From a virus (Duplodnaviria; Heunggongvirae; Uroviricota; Caudoviricetes): a stretch of 64,000 bases of DNA. This document shows, one piece after another, positions 9,022-18,727 of the stretch. The notes below the pieces were generated by a model. The model searched no databases and was not told the DNA's origin. It worked only from the letters and a program-made list of their open reading frames with translations. Positions within the stretch are counted from its first letter, which is position 1. Every line of letters begins with the position of its first letter. Location of the stretch: positions 1-64,000 of IMG/VR virus record IMGVR_UViG_3300017978_000250; one strand, given 5' to 3'. A program made the translations under genes and the position numbers.

Positions 9022-11163
9022 TTAGATTCCTTTTACTTGGTCAATCAAATTAACATACTCTGCTACAGCCGATTTTTCAACGCCGTAACTCAGAGACTTT
9101 AACAGAGGATAACGAGTAAACACATCGTAAACATCCTTTGTATACTTATCAATCAATGCTTGTGGGCTAGTAGAAGTTTTCACATCATACCGAGAACACA
9201 ACCATTGAGTTGCATTTTGCACAGTCGAATCGATAGCCTTCACATCTTTGAATGTGTTCACTAATTTAGCGAACGGGCTATTTGCATCAATCTTGTCACT
9301 ATTATACTTGATAAAATCATTAATGTCAAGGTTTTGTTTTACCAAACCCATGATATTTGCCTTATCCATTTTAGCAAGTTTTTCAACAATGAATGTATCC
9401 AACTCAACCCAATTCTTTTGCAGTTTGACCCATTCAATGTCAGTCTTACGAACACCATGAATTGTACCAGTGTAAACACCAGACTTTTCTAAGTAACGAC
9501 CCAATGTCTTCACATCGGAGCACTTGTTCAAAGCAGTGAAGCCTGACAATGGGATGTAGTAGTAAGTTGTTTTGTTGTCAAACGTATCAGCTTTACCAGC
9601 ATCACGCCAGACCAACTCACCGCTGCCACCCCAACCACGACTGCGACCTTCTTCCAAACGCATGATAGTAACGTTCTTACCCATTGTTGAGGTACGTTCT
9701 TTTTCAAGCAACGAACTAGCCTGCATGAAATAACTTTCAGGAGGGTTTGCCAACAACTTTTTGAAACCTACCAAGTCAATTGGCTTAGTCTTGTCGTATG
9801 CTTCAATGACAAACACGTGGACACTATTAAGACCTTGATCCTTGATGAAAGAACTTTCTTTCACGTGATGCTTGGCTCTCTCAACAGCACCAACTTTAGT
9901 GTCATTGATTACGAAACGTGCTTCCTCAGCAATAGAAATATCCCATTCATTGTAATGAGCCTGTGCAGTAGCATCATAACGATGTGCAACTTTCATGTTA
10001 GTACATGCGGTGTAATTACGACTCTTGCTAAAGCCACGAATGATAATGTTGTGGTTAGTTTTCAGGTCACTTTCTGGGATAGCAAAACGATGTAAACGTG
10101 CCCAAGATTGGCTAGTGTTAACATACTCAAACTTGGTGTCGGTGCAATACTTAGTAACAGCAGACTGCCACAAATATGTGCTTGACTTCTTAGTAAGGAA
10201 CAAAGCCTTTTCCCAAGTGTTTGCGATACCGTCAGCTTCCTTAGCAACCACACCAGCGAGTGCCGCGTTTACTTCTTCCAACTTACGCTTGATTGATTCA
10301 ATTGTTTGTGGAATGTACGACAAGCCTTCACGTGACGCTTGAAAGTCAAGTTCACCGATACCAAATTCCATCATTAAGCCGCAATGCAACAAGTGACGCA
10401 ATTCACCGATAGTGTTATCAGCAGAAGGAATCTCGATTGGATATGCAATGTTACCCATGATAGCATAGCTACCACGACTATCTTTCATACTGTGAACACC
10501 GGGGATGATGTTTTCAGTTTCGTATTCAACCTTAGAAACTTCAAACTTGTCAACACCAGAGACAACTGGTTGTTGTTTGAACCACTTGTAAACTGAACGA
10601 GCCTCTTGACGGAACTTGTCAAAGTCATAACGGTCGTTAACTGAGAATTTAACCTCGACGCCATTTGGTTCGTCGGTGTTTTCAGTCATCATTTGGGCGA
10701 TACTAGGTACGCCAGATTCGTTGATAAACGCGGTGTAGACACCTTTGACACCATTCTGTACAGCAGTGACCGTGAAGTTATCGGTGTAAGAGAAAGGTGA
10801 CTTTGATCCAAGACCCAAAGCGCCGATGAATTCGTTGGACGCTGTTTTAGTACTTTCAAAGTAAGTGGTGTAGATGTTTGTGACCTGGTCAGCTGAAAGA
10901 CCTGTTCCATAGTCACGAATTGAGAACCAAGGTTCGAGTGAGTTGGGGAGGTGTACATCAAACGGCGTAGTGCTCTTGCCGGCAGCCACGTGCGAGTCCA
11001 CTGCGTTACATGATAGTTCACGAATGATAGCACGGACTTTGTTTGCATACAAACCTGATGAAAGAATTGAGAAAGCCTTCGCACTATTGCGAATACGAAA
11101 TTCACCAATTTGACCGACGTTTGAAACAACAGCTTGGTCTTGGGGAGCAGAATTTAGAATCAT
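9022..11163 (-). CDS. rIIA: rIIA protein (GHKL/HATPase-like N-terminal domain)
   Basis: 713 aa; N-terminal NAVDSH...IRDYGTGL HATPase-like motifs; gene order rIIA then rIIB as in T4. Confidence 0.8.
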   Translation of the reverse strand: MILNSAPQDQAVVSNVGQIGEFRIRNSAKAFSILSSGLYANKVRAIIRELSCNAVDSHVAAGKSTTPFDVHLPNSLEPWFSIRDYGTGLSADQVTNIYTTYFESTKTASNEFIGALGLGSKSPFSYTDNFTVTAVQNGVKGVYTAFINESGVPSIAQMMTENTDEPNGVEVKFSVNDRYDFDKFRQEARSVYKWFKQQPVVSGVDKFEVSKVEYETENIIPGVHSMKDSRGSYAIMGNIAYPIEIPSADNTIGELRHLLHCGLMMEFGIGELDFQASREGLSYIPQTIESIKRKLEEVNAALAGVVAKEADGIANTWEKALFLTKKSSTYLWQSAVTKYCTDTKFEYVNTSQSWARLHRFAIPESDLKTNHNIIIRGFSKSRNYTACTNMKVAHRYDATAQAHYNEWDISIAEEARFVINDTKVGAVERAKHHVKESSFIKDQGLNSVHVFVIEAYDKTKPIDLVGFKKLLANPPESYFMQASSLLEKERTSTMGKNVTIMRLEEGRSRGWGGSGELVWRDAGKADTFDNKTTYYYIPLSGFTALNKCSDVKTLGRYLEKSGVYTGTIHGVRKTDIEWVKLQKNWVELDTFIVEKLAKMDKANIMGLVKQNLDINDFIKYNSDKIDANSPFAKLVNTFKDVKAIDSTVQNATQWLCSRYDVKTSTSPQALIDKYTKDVYDVFTRYPLLKSLSYGVEKSAVAEYVNLIDQVKGI

Positions 11164-11218
11164 GTGTGTTCCTATGTTTTCGACTTAAAGAAATATTATA
11201 CTTGATTTTGGATTAATT

Positions 11219-11398
11219 GTCAACCGAAACTTCATCCAAGTCATATCGCAAATCATCAATGGCATCATTGATAGCATGGATAGAAATTTCAGCACTGTCG
11301 GAATCACCTAATGCACCACGCACTAAGTCTTTGGCTTCCTCTAGCTTTTGGATTGCTAAAGTCAAACGATTCAGTTGGTCTTTGTTGAGCATTTTGAT
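11219..11398 (-). CDS. small hypothetical protein (59 aa)
   Basis: Manual translation MLNKDQLNRLTLAIQKLEEAKD...; just below track cutoff; downstream of promoter P4. Confidence 0.35.
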
Positions 11399-11518
11399 TC
11401 CTTATTGAATAAACAAAACATATATCCAGAGAGCAACGCCACCTAACCAAAAGATTATTTGGTCACGCTTGTGTCTTGCGTTGTGCTTTTTGATATCGTT
11501 TTCTGTCATCATGTGTAT

Positions 11519-11547
11519 ATTATACAACCAAAACGCTTTATTGTCAA
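11519..11547 (-). promoter_or_regulatory. sigma70 consensus-type promoter
   Basis: Minus TTGACAATAAAGCGTTTTGGTTGTATAAT. Confidence 0.65.
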
Positions 11548-11550
11548 GCC

Positions 11551-11868
11551 TTAGACCGAAACAATCTCAATTTTACCCTCGTCAATCCACTTGTCCCAAG
11601 TCAAGCAGGCGTAACCGTTATTGAAACTTTTGTATACAGTTCCATCCTTCTTTATCTTCTTGAAAAAGTAGGACTGACGCTGGGGCTTCAATTTGTCTGC
11701 TCCAGTGCAAAACGGGGCAAGTATGTACTCAACACGATATAAACCTGTTTTCCAGCAATCCTTATTGTAAACGCTAGGAATTGTTTCTTTTAGTTTTACA
11801 ACTGAACCTACTTGGAGCTTGAAATTGAATGACATAGTATTACCTTTAGTCAATGTAAGCAATGACAC
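11551..11868 (-). CDS. hypothetical protein
   Basis: 105-aa ORF. Confidence 0.5.
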   Translation of the reverse strand: MSLLTLTKGNTMSFNFKLQVGSVVKLKETIPSVYNKDCWKTGLYRVEYILAPFCTGADKLKPQRQSYFFKKIKKDGTVYKSFNNGYACLTWDKWIDEGKIEIVSV

Positions 11869-12139
11869 GAATGTACTCGGGACCGTAGTAAATTTCAGGA
11901 CTAGTCAGTTTTGGGATGCGACTTGTGAAACCTGCTTCGATAAACATGTCACGAGCAATTTCTAATACTTTACGACTATCACCGTAGACTGGGAAAACAA
12001 CTGAGCGGCGCTTGGGGTCATTCTCGGTAGTTTTCTCTGTATAGGTGTGTTCAACTGCACAGTTGGCAGCTTTGAATGCTTGGCGCAAGATAGCGCGGGC
12101 TTGTTTTGTAGTTGCAAACATTTTCGTTCCTTTTCTCAA
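11846..12139 (-). CDS. hypothetical protein
   Basis: 97-aa ORF downstream of promoter P5. Confidence 0.5.
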   Translation of the reverse strand: MRKGTKMFATTKQARAILRQAFKAANCAVEHTYTEKTTENDPKRRSVVFPVYGDSRKVLEIARDMFIEAGFTSRIPKLTSPEIYYGPEYIRVIAYID

Positions 12140-12150
12140 TCAATACATGT

Positions 12151-12179
12151 ATTATATGCCCAAAGTGATTATTTGTCAA
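12151..12179 (-). promoter_or_regulatory. sigma70 consensus-type promoter
   Basis: Minus TTGACAAATAATCACTTTGGGCATATAAT. Confidence 0.65.
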
Positions 12180-12236
12180 CCTTTGGGCATACATTTGTAA
12201 AGATACAACAGTTTGAAAAGGTAGTACTTCTGTTTC

Positions 12237-12545
12237 TTATTTCATTAAGAGTTCTTTTAGCTTTTTAGCTGTGATAACTTCGTGGACACCCTTCACATCT
12301 TTTATAACCATCTCCAGTTCAACTACTTCCCATTCAGCTACACGGTTGCGATGATTTTTACTATTCCGATTGTAACCACTATCAGAATTCATAACACCAG
12401 TTATGAACGTGCGTAGTTGCCCCAGTGTTTGAAAGATGCGACCGGTCTTGTCGTAGCTTTGGTAGTAGGGAGTGCCCTTAACAAATAGTTCAGGGTCGTT
12501 TTTGCTTCTAATCTTGTAAAAAATCATAATTTTAATGTTGCCCAC
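12237..12545 (-). CDS. hypothetical protein
   Basis: 102-aa ORF. Confidence 0.5.
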   Translation of the reverse strand: MGNIKIMIFYKIRSKNDPELFVKGTPYYQSYDKTGRIFQTLGQLRTFITGVMNSDSGYNRNSKNHRNRVAEWEVVELEMVIKDVKGVHEVITAKKLKELLMK

Positions 12546-12826
12546 ATTGCAGTCTTCTCCAAGTCTTGTTGGAACTCTGGATAGACTTCATCCAAGTGAT
12601 GCTTGTCTACTTCGGTATAACCATTTCTTAATTTCTTCCTGAAAGAATCAGCGACCTCTCGAAAATTACCCTCAAGTATTTTGGTTTGAAGTTTTGCTCC
12701 TCGGCGCCCCCAGAACGTGAGGTACTTGCCTTTAGACCAAAAAGATTCAGATTCTTGTAAACATATAACACCCCAAACTTTATCAGAGGTACCTTCTTTG
12801 CACCAACCAATATGTGTGAAATTCAT
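12524..12826 (-). CDS. WGR-domain protein
   Basis: KVWGVI...YLTFWGRRGAKLQTK resembles the WGR domain signature (W..G...WGRiG). Confidence 0.5.
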   Translation of the reverse strand: MNFTHIGWCKEGTSDKVWGVICLQESESFWSKGKYLTFWGRRGAKLQTKILEGNFREVADSFRKKLRNGYTEVDKHHLDEVYPEFQQDLEKTAMWATLKL

Positions 12827-12842
12827 ATTATGCTCCTACAGA

Positions 12843-13115
12843 CTAGTGAAGGGTACGAGTAGTTCGTGGTACAAAATCAGAAGACAATTCTTCGACTCCG
12901 ATTTCTTCCGAGACTTCATCCATAAGTTGTGCGAGTTCTTCCTCTGTCAAGTCATCAAGCAAGTCATTCAAAGAAATTGCTTGCACTTGTGCTTCACCAC
13001 TTTCAAACATATCTTGAATTTGTTTCATCAACTGGTCAAGTTCTTCTTGGGTGCCATCAAAGTTATCGAAACAACCTGGGGCGAAAACAATCTCTGGGGT
13101 CTTTTTATCTGTCAT
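12843..13115 (-). CDS. acidic hypothetical protein
   Basis: 90 aa, highly acidic. Confidence 0.5.
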   Translation of the reverse strand: MTDKKTPEIVFAPGCFDNFDGTQEELDQLMKQIQDMFESGEAQVQAISLNDLLDDLTEEELAQLMDEVSEEIGVEELSSDFVPRTTRTLH

Positions 13116-13354
13116 TTTGAATCTCTCAGTTTATCAAACAAATGTGCTTTGTCGTCAAGGTATTTGACGAATGAAATTTGGTCACGCCACTTTGCAAGTC
13201 GTGCCGCGAATCGTTCATTCCAACGAAGAAAGTCATCACGGAACCAGAATGGGTTAACGATTGCTAACAATAGTGTCACTAGCAAAGGCAGCGCACACCA
13301 AAACGTCATAAAGTAAAATACAATCTTGTATTTTTGCATTGGGGAAAGTTTCAT
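13112..13354 (-). CDS. small membrane protein
   Basis: 80 aa with hydrophobic helix. Confidence 0.45.
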   Translation of the reverse strand: MKLSPMQKYKIVFYFMTFWCALPLLVTLLLAIVNPFWFRDDFLRWNERFAARLAKWRDQISFVKYLDDKAHLFDKLRDSK

Positions 13355-13662
13355 TATTTGATTCCTAAAATTTTCTTTTCTTCGTCACTGAGTTTAGCAA
13401 GTGCATCTTTTTTAAGTTTTGCCTTACGTGCCCGTTCTGCCTTCGCTTCTTGCGCTTTGCGGTCGTCTTCTTGGTGTTTATCCCACCATTCACGAACCTC
13501 GTCATCTTTGAGTACGAGGAAGTCAGCGTGTCCTGATTTTACTAGTTCGGTCATCGCTTTACAAGCAATGCGGGCGAGTTTATCAGCCTCTGATTTGAGG
13601 CGTTTGATATCTCGGTCATTACTATCACTAGCCCAATTTGATTCATAACTCATGCAAGGCAT
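13354..13662 (-). CDS. hypothetical protein
   Basis: 102 aa; C-terminal AKLSDEEKKILGIK tail paralogous to ORF 6529-6780. Confidence 0.5.
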   Translation of the reverse strand: MPCMSYESNWASDSNDRDIKRLKSEADKLARIACKAMTELVKSGHADFLVLKDDEVREWWDKHQEDDRKAQEAKAERARKAKLKKDALAKLSDEEKKILGIK

Positions 13663-13691
13663 ATCATGCTCCTAATCTCAACTATGACTAT

Positions 13692-13720
13692 AGTATATCA
13701 CCAAAATGATTATTTGTCAA
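13692..13720 (-). promoter_or_regulatory. sigma70-type promoter (TTGACA-17-TATACT)
   Basis: Minus TTGACAAATAATCATTTTGGTGATATACT. Confidence 0.55.
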
Positions 13721-14433
13721 CCTACCAGAGGATCAGGACAAACCCAATCACTTGGAATATCAGCATCAGTGACCGGTGGAGTCAACCCTTTACCACCGAG
13801 ACTGCGCCACACGAACATTTTCTCTTGGTTCTGTTTCATAACCCAAGTATCACGACAGTGCTTTTCCCAGATAACGGGGAAGTCACTTGCCCACAATGTC
13901 AGGTCGTAACTAAGACAAGTATCGCCGCCGCCACCACTACCAGTACAGATAGGAGTGTCGTCAAAGTATGCACTACCAAAAGTAGTAGAACTTGTCACTG
14001 AGTAAGTGATACGACCGCGCCAGCCTGGGTAGCCAATTGGTTTATCTTTATTGTGCTCACTCCGGCGGTCAAAATTACTAACACCTTTTCGAGGACACTT
14101 GTGACTATTGCTAGTTAACACATTGAACCCATCTACTTTCAAAGTCAGTCCGAGCAAGTTATCATCTTTTGCACCAAAGCGTCTACCATGTGATTGCTCT
14201 TGTGCGTTCAATCGGAAGAAACTCCAGTTGTCTTTGATGAATTGTTCCAACTCAGCGAACGAGCCAACCTGACCCATCTTGTCAAGGAACACTTCACGAT
14301 TAGCAAGATGTTGAATGCGCTTTTTTTCAGCACGGCGCTTGGCTGCTAGTTTACGCAGGTGCTTGGTGTAGTCCGCTTTGAACTCAAACACTTTACCGTC
14401 TTCATCACTTTTGTATGCTTGGATAATACTCAT
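13717..14433 (-). CDS. hypothetical protein
   Basis: 238-aa ORF. Confidence 0.55.
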   Translation of the reverse strand: MSIIQAYKSDEDGKVFEFKADYTKHLRKLAAKRRAEKKRIQHLANREVFLDKMGQVGSFAELEQFIKDNWSFFRLNAQEQSHGRRFGAKDDNLLGLTLKVDGFNVLTSNSHKCPRKGVSNFDRRSEHNKDKPIGYPGWRGRITYSVTSSTTFGSAYFDDTPICTGSGGGGDTCLSYDLTLWASDFPVIWEKHCRDTWVMKQNQEKMFVWRSLGGKGLTPPVTDADIPSDWVCPDPLVG

Positions 14434-14708
14434 TTTAAAAACTTCTTCATAGCTTTTTGAATTTCATTCACCGCATCTTGTTTGGCTTTTTGTTGTGTCT
14501 TAGTATGGACACTACCGGCAACATTACTTTTGATAACTTTCATGATCCATTCAAGAGTTTTATCTTGGACTGCGTAGCTACCTTCAGTTTGAAACACGTA
14601 ACGATACTGGTCATCTTTCTCAAAGAAAGGATCGACCCACCAAATCTGACCCATATATTCTTCTTGGGTGAAACCAATTGACTGTAAGAATCTTTCGTTT
14701 TCTGACAT
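14430..14708 (-). CDS. hypothetical protein
   Basis: 92-aa ORF, start overlaps upstream stop. Confidence 0.5.
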   Translation of the reverse strand: MSENERFLQSIGFTQEEYMGQIWWVDPFFEKDDQYRYVFQTEGSYAVQDKTLEWIMKVIKSNVAGSVHTKTQQKAKQDAVNEIQKAMKKFLK

Positions 14709-14709
14709 A

Positions 14710-15225
14710 TTAAACCTTTACAGTAGCACGAGGGTCATTGATGGTAAGTGTCTGGTCTTCAACTTCATCACGGACAGTCAGTTTGCGATTCACTATACCG
14801 TAACTTGCAATGAAGGGCTTCTTGGCTATCTTTACAACTTCAACGCGGCGAACTTCATTCTTACTGGCAATCATAATCATATCACCCTCTTTGATTTCGT
14901 TGTTGTAACGGTCAAAGGGAACACACAAGTCCATGTAGGTGTCATCATAATTAACACCTTCTTCGGTGATTTCAACTTTGGGAGGACGAACACCTTGAAC
15001 GGGAAGTGGGCGATACAACGGACTAGCAACTTCACCCAACCAGATACCTTCGCATTCACCACGTTGATAGGTTTCGTCACGCTTAGCCATGATTTGTTCA
15101 TGGGTCATTTGTTCAATGACAAACTGGTCGGGGTAATCCTGAGTGCCGATTTGCTGACCATCAGCAACTAGACCCTTCATAGGACCTGAAAGAACTTTGT
15201 AACGTTTCATGTAAACTCGGCGCAT
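14710..15225 (-). CDS. hypothetical protein
   Basis: 171-aa ORF downstream of promoter P7. Confidence 0.55.
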   Translation of the reverse strand: MRRVYMKRYKVLSGPMKGLVADGQQIGTQDYPDQFVIEQMTHEQIMAKRDETYQRGECEGIWLGEVASPLYRPLPVQGVRPPKVEITEEGVNYDDTYMDLCVPFDRYNNEIKEGDMIMIASKNEVRRVEVVKIAKKPFIASYGIVNRKLTVRDEVEDQTLTINDPRATVKV

Positions 15226-15259
15226 GTTTTAGTCCCTGTTTGTTGCTGTCTAAGTATCT

Positions 15260-15288
15260 ATTATATGCCCAAAATGATTATTTGTCAA
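15260..15288 (-). promoter_or_regulatory. sigma70 consensus-type promoter
   Basis: Minus TTGACAAATAATCATTTTGGGCATATAAT. Confidence 0.65.
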
Positions 15289-15309
15289 GTACTACTTGAG
15301 TACTACCTT

Positions 15310-15648
15310 TTAGAAAGGAATGTCATCGTCCCAGCTTGCAGGGTATTTGACTGGTTTAGGCTTGGGTGCTACATAACTTTCATCATGGAAGTTATTGAAT
15401 ACTTCTTGATACCCGCCACTCCAATCGCTACTACGCAACCTGTCTTGATTGTCGCATAGGATTTCAGTTTTCTCAAGTTCAGACCAAGGGTTCCAAGGAT
15501 GATGTACAGTGACATATCCATTGTAGTAGGTGCCATCCCAATTGCCGTTGACTACCCAAAAGTCAAAGTGATTGGGACTATACTCTTGCCCGACATTGAC
15601 AAGCAAACTTGGCTTGTCTTTTGTACCTAACATTAATCTCATAACCAC
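15310..15648 (-). CDS. hypothetical protein
   Basis: 112-aa ORF. Confidence 0.5.
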   Translation of the reverse strand: MVMRLMLGTKDKPSLLVNVGQEYSPNHFDFWVVNGNWDGTYYNGYVTVHHPWNPWSELEKTEILCDNQDRLRSSDWSGGYQEVFNNFHDESYVAPKPKPVKYPASWDDDIPF

Positions 15649-15899
15649 CTCAATGTAAACATCATTGCATCTTCCTGACGCTTGAATGCAAAGTAAGAAC
15701 CAACGTTACGCCAGTTACCACTTTTCAATGTCTTGTAACACCATCGCTCAGGTAACTGAGATTCACTAATCTTAATGTGATAGGGCCAATACTTTTTATT
15801 CAATACTCTCATTATATGTTCCTCATTTCTACGAATGACATTGGAATAATCTATCATGCTTGGGTACATGCTACTAACGTCATAATCCATCGTTGTCAC
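15639..15899 (-). CDS. hypothetical protein, member of tandem paralog trio (C-terminal MMFxLRWL)
   Basis: C-terminus FKRQEDAMMFTLRWL shared with two downstream neighbours. Confidence 0.5.
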   Translation of the reverse strand: MTTMDYDVSSMYPSMIDYSNVIRRNEEHIMRVLNKKYWPYHIKISESQLPERWCYKTLKSGNWRNVGSYFAFKRQEDAMMFTLRWL

Positions 15900-16123
15900 A
15901 TCCTTAACAAAAACATCATGTAGTCTTTTTCATCTTTGAACACAATGTAATTTTTGTCTTTGCGCCAACTAAATTCTTGGTCACCGTTATACTCTTTTTT
16001 AACAAACTCCCAAAAGCTCTTGCTGTAGACTCCGGTGTTTTGGCTAATCATTATACGAATTATTCTGTCACTATAATCCTCTGCAAGTACCCTGTGTTTT
16101 TTACGAAATACATTCATAACCAC
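15896..16123 (-). CDS. hypothetical protein, paralog trio member
   Basis: C-terminus FKDEKDYMMFLLRM. Confidence 0.5.
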   Translation of the reverse strand: MVMNVFRKKHRVLAEDYSDRIIRIMISQNTGVYSKSFWEFVKKEYNGDQEFSWRKDKNYIVFKDEKDYMMFLLRM

Positions 16124-16374
16124 CTCAACTTAAACCACATCAATGTTTTTTCGTCAGGGAAGTGGACCCACAATGGTCTAGTATCACCGGTGTGATAGAG
16201 GCGACTGATATTGTAGTCACGCTTGAGCCAATCCCAAATGCTGCCATCAGTTGCTGGATCCATGTTGTCCCAGTAGTAATTAGCTACACGAGGGAAGTAT
16301 GGACGAATGTCAACACGTACCTTAACACCAGTCATACTTACCTCTTTAAAAGGTCCCAAGCAAGACCATTCCAT
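16114..16374 (-). CDS. hypothetical protein, paralog trio member
   Basis: C-terminus FPDEKTLMWFKLRWL. Confidence 0.5.
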   Translation of the reverse strand: MEWSCLGPFKEVSMTGVKVRVDIRPYFPRVANYYWDNMDPATDGSIWDWLKRDYNISRLYHTGDTRPLWVHFPDEKTLMWFKLRWL

Positions 16375-16610
16375 CGTTCAAATGAAATAACAGTTTCATA
16401 GCGCCCGATGCGAAACACAATTTCCCACAATTCGTTGTCAGTGTCTTCATACACAACACGAACACGATTACCATAAAGTGAACGACAATAATCCACAACA
16501 TGTTCAGCATCGTTAGTGACACTCATGCCACCAAGTTGATTTGACATGTCCTTTAAGTATACAATGTCGTGGTCAATATCTCGGTTGGTGATAGCAACTT
16601 TTGCTTTCAT
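16338..16610 (-). CDS. hypothetical protein
   Basis: 90-aa ORF. Confidence 0.45.
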   Translation of the reverse strand: MKAKVAITNRDIDHDIVYLKDMSNQLGGMSVTNDAEHVVDYCRSLYGNRVRVVYEDTDNELWEIVFRIGRYETVISFERWNGLAWDLLKR

Positions 16611-16894
16611 TGACCCATCCTGTCAGGGTTGATTTGCCAACCCATATCTGAATTTTCACGTTCAAGTTGACGAACACGACCATTGGCTTCTTTCAGGTCT
16701 TCTTTCAATTCGTCATAGTCAAACACACACTGTTCCACATCAGTGAGGATTTTGGTGAGTTCATCGATGTTAATTTCTAGCCATTGCTTGATAATGTAGT
16801 AGCCCTCTTTGCCATTATCGTTAAGACCATCAAGCATTGCCTGCTTGCCGGCGATTGTGTTACGCAGATTTTCTGCTACGGTTTGGATGTTCAT
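16607..16894 (-). CDS. hypothetical protein
   Basis: 95-aa ORF. Confidence 0.45.
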   Translation of the reverse strand: MNIQTVAENLRNTIAGKQAMLDGLNDNGKEGYYIIKQWLEINIDELTKILTDVEQCVFDYDELKEDLKEANGRVRQLERENSDMGWQINPDRMGQ

Positions 16895-17100
16895 TGTAAG
16901 CCCTTTCCATTGAGTAGTTGGTCATGAATGACGATACCTTGTGCCTTAGACTTGAGCGCCTTACGCAGGTAGCGATTCTGTTCTTCTGTCGTTTCGGCCC
17001 AGTATGCGAAACCTTTGAGACAATCATAACGGTCGTAGTACCAAGTCAGCTTAGCCATTGCGGCGCCTAGTCTGTACCATGGATTATCAAAATCGTTCAT
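16891..17100 (-). CDS. hypothetical protein
   Basis: 69-aa ORF. Confidence 0.45.
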   Translation of the reverse strand: MNDFDNPWYRLGAAMAKLTWYYDRYDCLKGFAYWAETTEEQNRYLRKALKSKAQGIVIHDQLLNGKGLQ

Positions 17101-17438
17101 TACTTAACTCCGAATGTGTTCAATGCTGGTTGCAATGTGTTAATCAATTCTGTCTCACGTGCGTGTGCGGGACGCTTACCACGAACTACTTCAACCACAC
17201 CGAACACAAAACGCTCGGCACCATTTTCACGCAATGCACGAGACAAGCCCCAATCTTTGTTCTCAGCGAGGGCACGTTGCATGTGCTTTTGCATGCGGCG
17301 ATTCAATGTCTTACGCAAGTTACCTGCAAAGCAAACAGCAGTCAAACCAATGTAGTACTCAAGTGTTACTTTATCTTGGATAAAGTAAATCACTTGATTG
17401 CGGTCTGTTCTACGTTTGCGTGTGATTTTCGAGTTCAT
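17100..17438 (-). CDS. GIY-YIG nuclease domain protein
   Basis: VIYFIQDK...EYYIGLT GIY-YIG motif, conserved R and E downstream; 112 aa. Confidence 0.65.
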   Translation of the reverse strand: MNSKITRKRRTDRNQVIYFIQDKVTLEYYIGLTAVCFAGNLRKTLNRRMQKHMQRALAENKDWGLSRALRENGAERFVFGVVEVVRGKRPAHARETELINTLQPALNTFGVK

Positions 17439-17444
17439 GTAAGT

Positions 17445-17473
17445 ATTATATGCCCAAAACGATTATTTGTCAA
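17445..17473 (-). promoter_or_regulatory. sigma70 consensus-type promoter
   Basis: Minus TTGACAAATAATCGTTTTGGGCATATAAT. Confidence 0.65.
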
Positions 17474-17991
17474 CCGAAATTTTGTAACACTTTAGTAACA
17501 TATTCGTCACTACTATCACCCAAGTCTTTTTCGTCAGTAAAAAGTACTACATCTCCGAACTTTGCTAACTTACGGCCCGCGGCATCATTGTCACAAACGG
17601 CTACTACTTTTCTATTAAGACAAGTAAGCCAGTTACGCAAGTCGGGACTAGGGTTGTTAGACAGTACCGCTAACGCACTAAATCCACGCTGAGTGAGTCG
17701 GGCCGCATCGAACAGACCCTCACACACAAACACAACATGAGGGCTTAAATCCAGGCTTTCAACACCCCAGACAGCTAGAGTAGGAGTCTTTCTGTATGTG
17801 AAATACTTGCCTAGCTTGGGATTGTTGTTGGGCTTCTTGTCACCCTCAGGGCGATACTGTTGATAACCAACCAGTTGACCGCTGAGGTTATATAAGTAAA
17901 AAGTAGCAACACGTTCAACTTCATCGACCATTGGACGATGTAAGTCTACGTCAAGGTGACGACTTTTGAGGTGCTCTAATACTGTGTTCAT
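17470..17991 (-). CDS. Toprim-domain protein
   Basis: VFVCEGLFDA ... VAVCDNDAAGRKLA = Toprim E...DxD motifs. Confidence 0.6.
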   Translation of the reverse strand: MNTVLEHLKSRHLDVDLHRPMVDEVERVATFYLYNLSGQLVGYQQYRPEGDKKPNNNPKLGKYFTYRKTPTLAVWGVESLDLSPHVVFVCEGLFDAARLTQRGFSALAVLSNNPSPDLRNWLTCLNRKVVAVCDNDAAGRKLAKFGDVVLFTDEKDLGDSSDEYVTKVLQNFG

Positions 17992-18043
17992 GCCTCAATT
18001 ATAAACCCAAACTGATTATTAGTCAAGTTTGGGTTGTAGTGTT

Positions 18044-18235
18044 TTAGTTTACTTTTCGGTAATCTGCACGATAGTAGCAATCGGGGTCACCTGGGTCTTT
18101 GTTGTACTCTGCGACAAAAGCCTTTGCTTCGTCTTCGTTGTCAAAGAACTTGGTTCCCATATCACGTTGACCATAGCCTCGTTCGTATTCAGTCATAGAA
18201 ACTTTATACAGACCATTTACTTTAACTTCTGCCAT
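18044..18235 (-). CDS. hypothetical protein
   Basis: 63-aa ORF downstream of promoter P10. Confidence 0.45.
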   Translation of the reverse strand: MAEVKVNGLYKVSMTEYERGYGQRDMGTKFFDNEDEAKAFVAEYNKDPGDPDCYYRADYRKVN

Positions 18236-18264
18236 TTGCTACTCCTTCTATCTAGTGAAGTTTC

Positions 18265-18293
18265 AGTATATAGCAAGTTGGATTATTTGTCAA
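18265..18293 (-). promoter_or_regulatory. sigma70-type promoter (TTGACA-17-TATACT)
   Basis: Minus TTGACAAATAATCCAACTTGCTATATACT. Confidence 0.55.
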
Positions 18294-18727
18294 GTTTTAT
18301 TGTGTAATTGTAACGCTTGTGCAAACACTGAATCTTGCTTCAATCTCACATCTACTTCCCAGGGCAAGTTCATGTATTCCTCATACGTGAAATTCTCGGG
18401 GGTTACGTCTGTGTACTTTACCCCATGCCAGCTACATATACCATGTCTATCAATTTTAAGATATCCCTTAAATTTTTGATGCACGTGAATCAATTCATGC
18501 GTCAGAATCTTTGGAACATCTTGCAAAGGTAAGTGTAGATTGATTGCTAGTCTATTCATTCTCACTCTATCGATACCACCATGTACATTCTTATCCATAT
18601 GTTGTAGACACACTTCGATAGTGTCGGGAAGTTCTATCACTTGTGCTACAAGTTTGGTAAAAGAGGATATGATTATCTCATAATCCTCTTGTCTCGGGGT
18701 TTTGTTGTAAAAGATTTGTACGTTCAT
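18290..18727 (-). CDS. putative zinc metallopeptidase (HExxH, SprT-like)
   Basis: HELIHVH motif with downstream Cys/His residues. Confidence 0.5.
   Translation of the reverse strand: MNVQIFYNKTPRQEDYEIIISSFTKLVAQVIELPDTIEVCLQHMDKNVHGGIDRVRMNRLAINLHLPLQDVPKILTHELIHVHQKFKGYLKIDRHGICSWHGVKYTDVTPENFTYEEYMNLPWEVDVRLKQDSVFAQALQLHNKT

Noticed and set aside
17998-18029. Possible promoter TTGACT ... TATAAT upstream of the Toprim gene
   Set aside because: Spacer would be 20 nt and the -10 would sit 6 bp from the start codon; gene is more likely co-transcribed from promoter 18265-18293.
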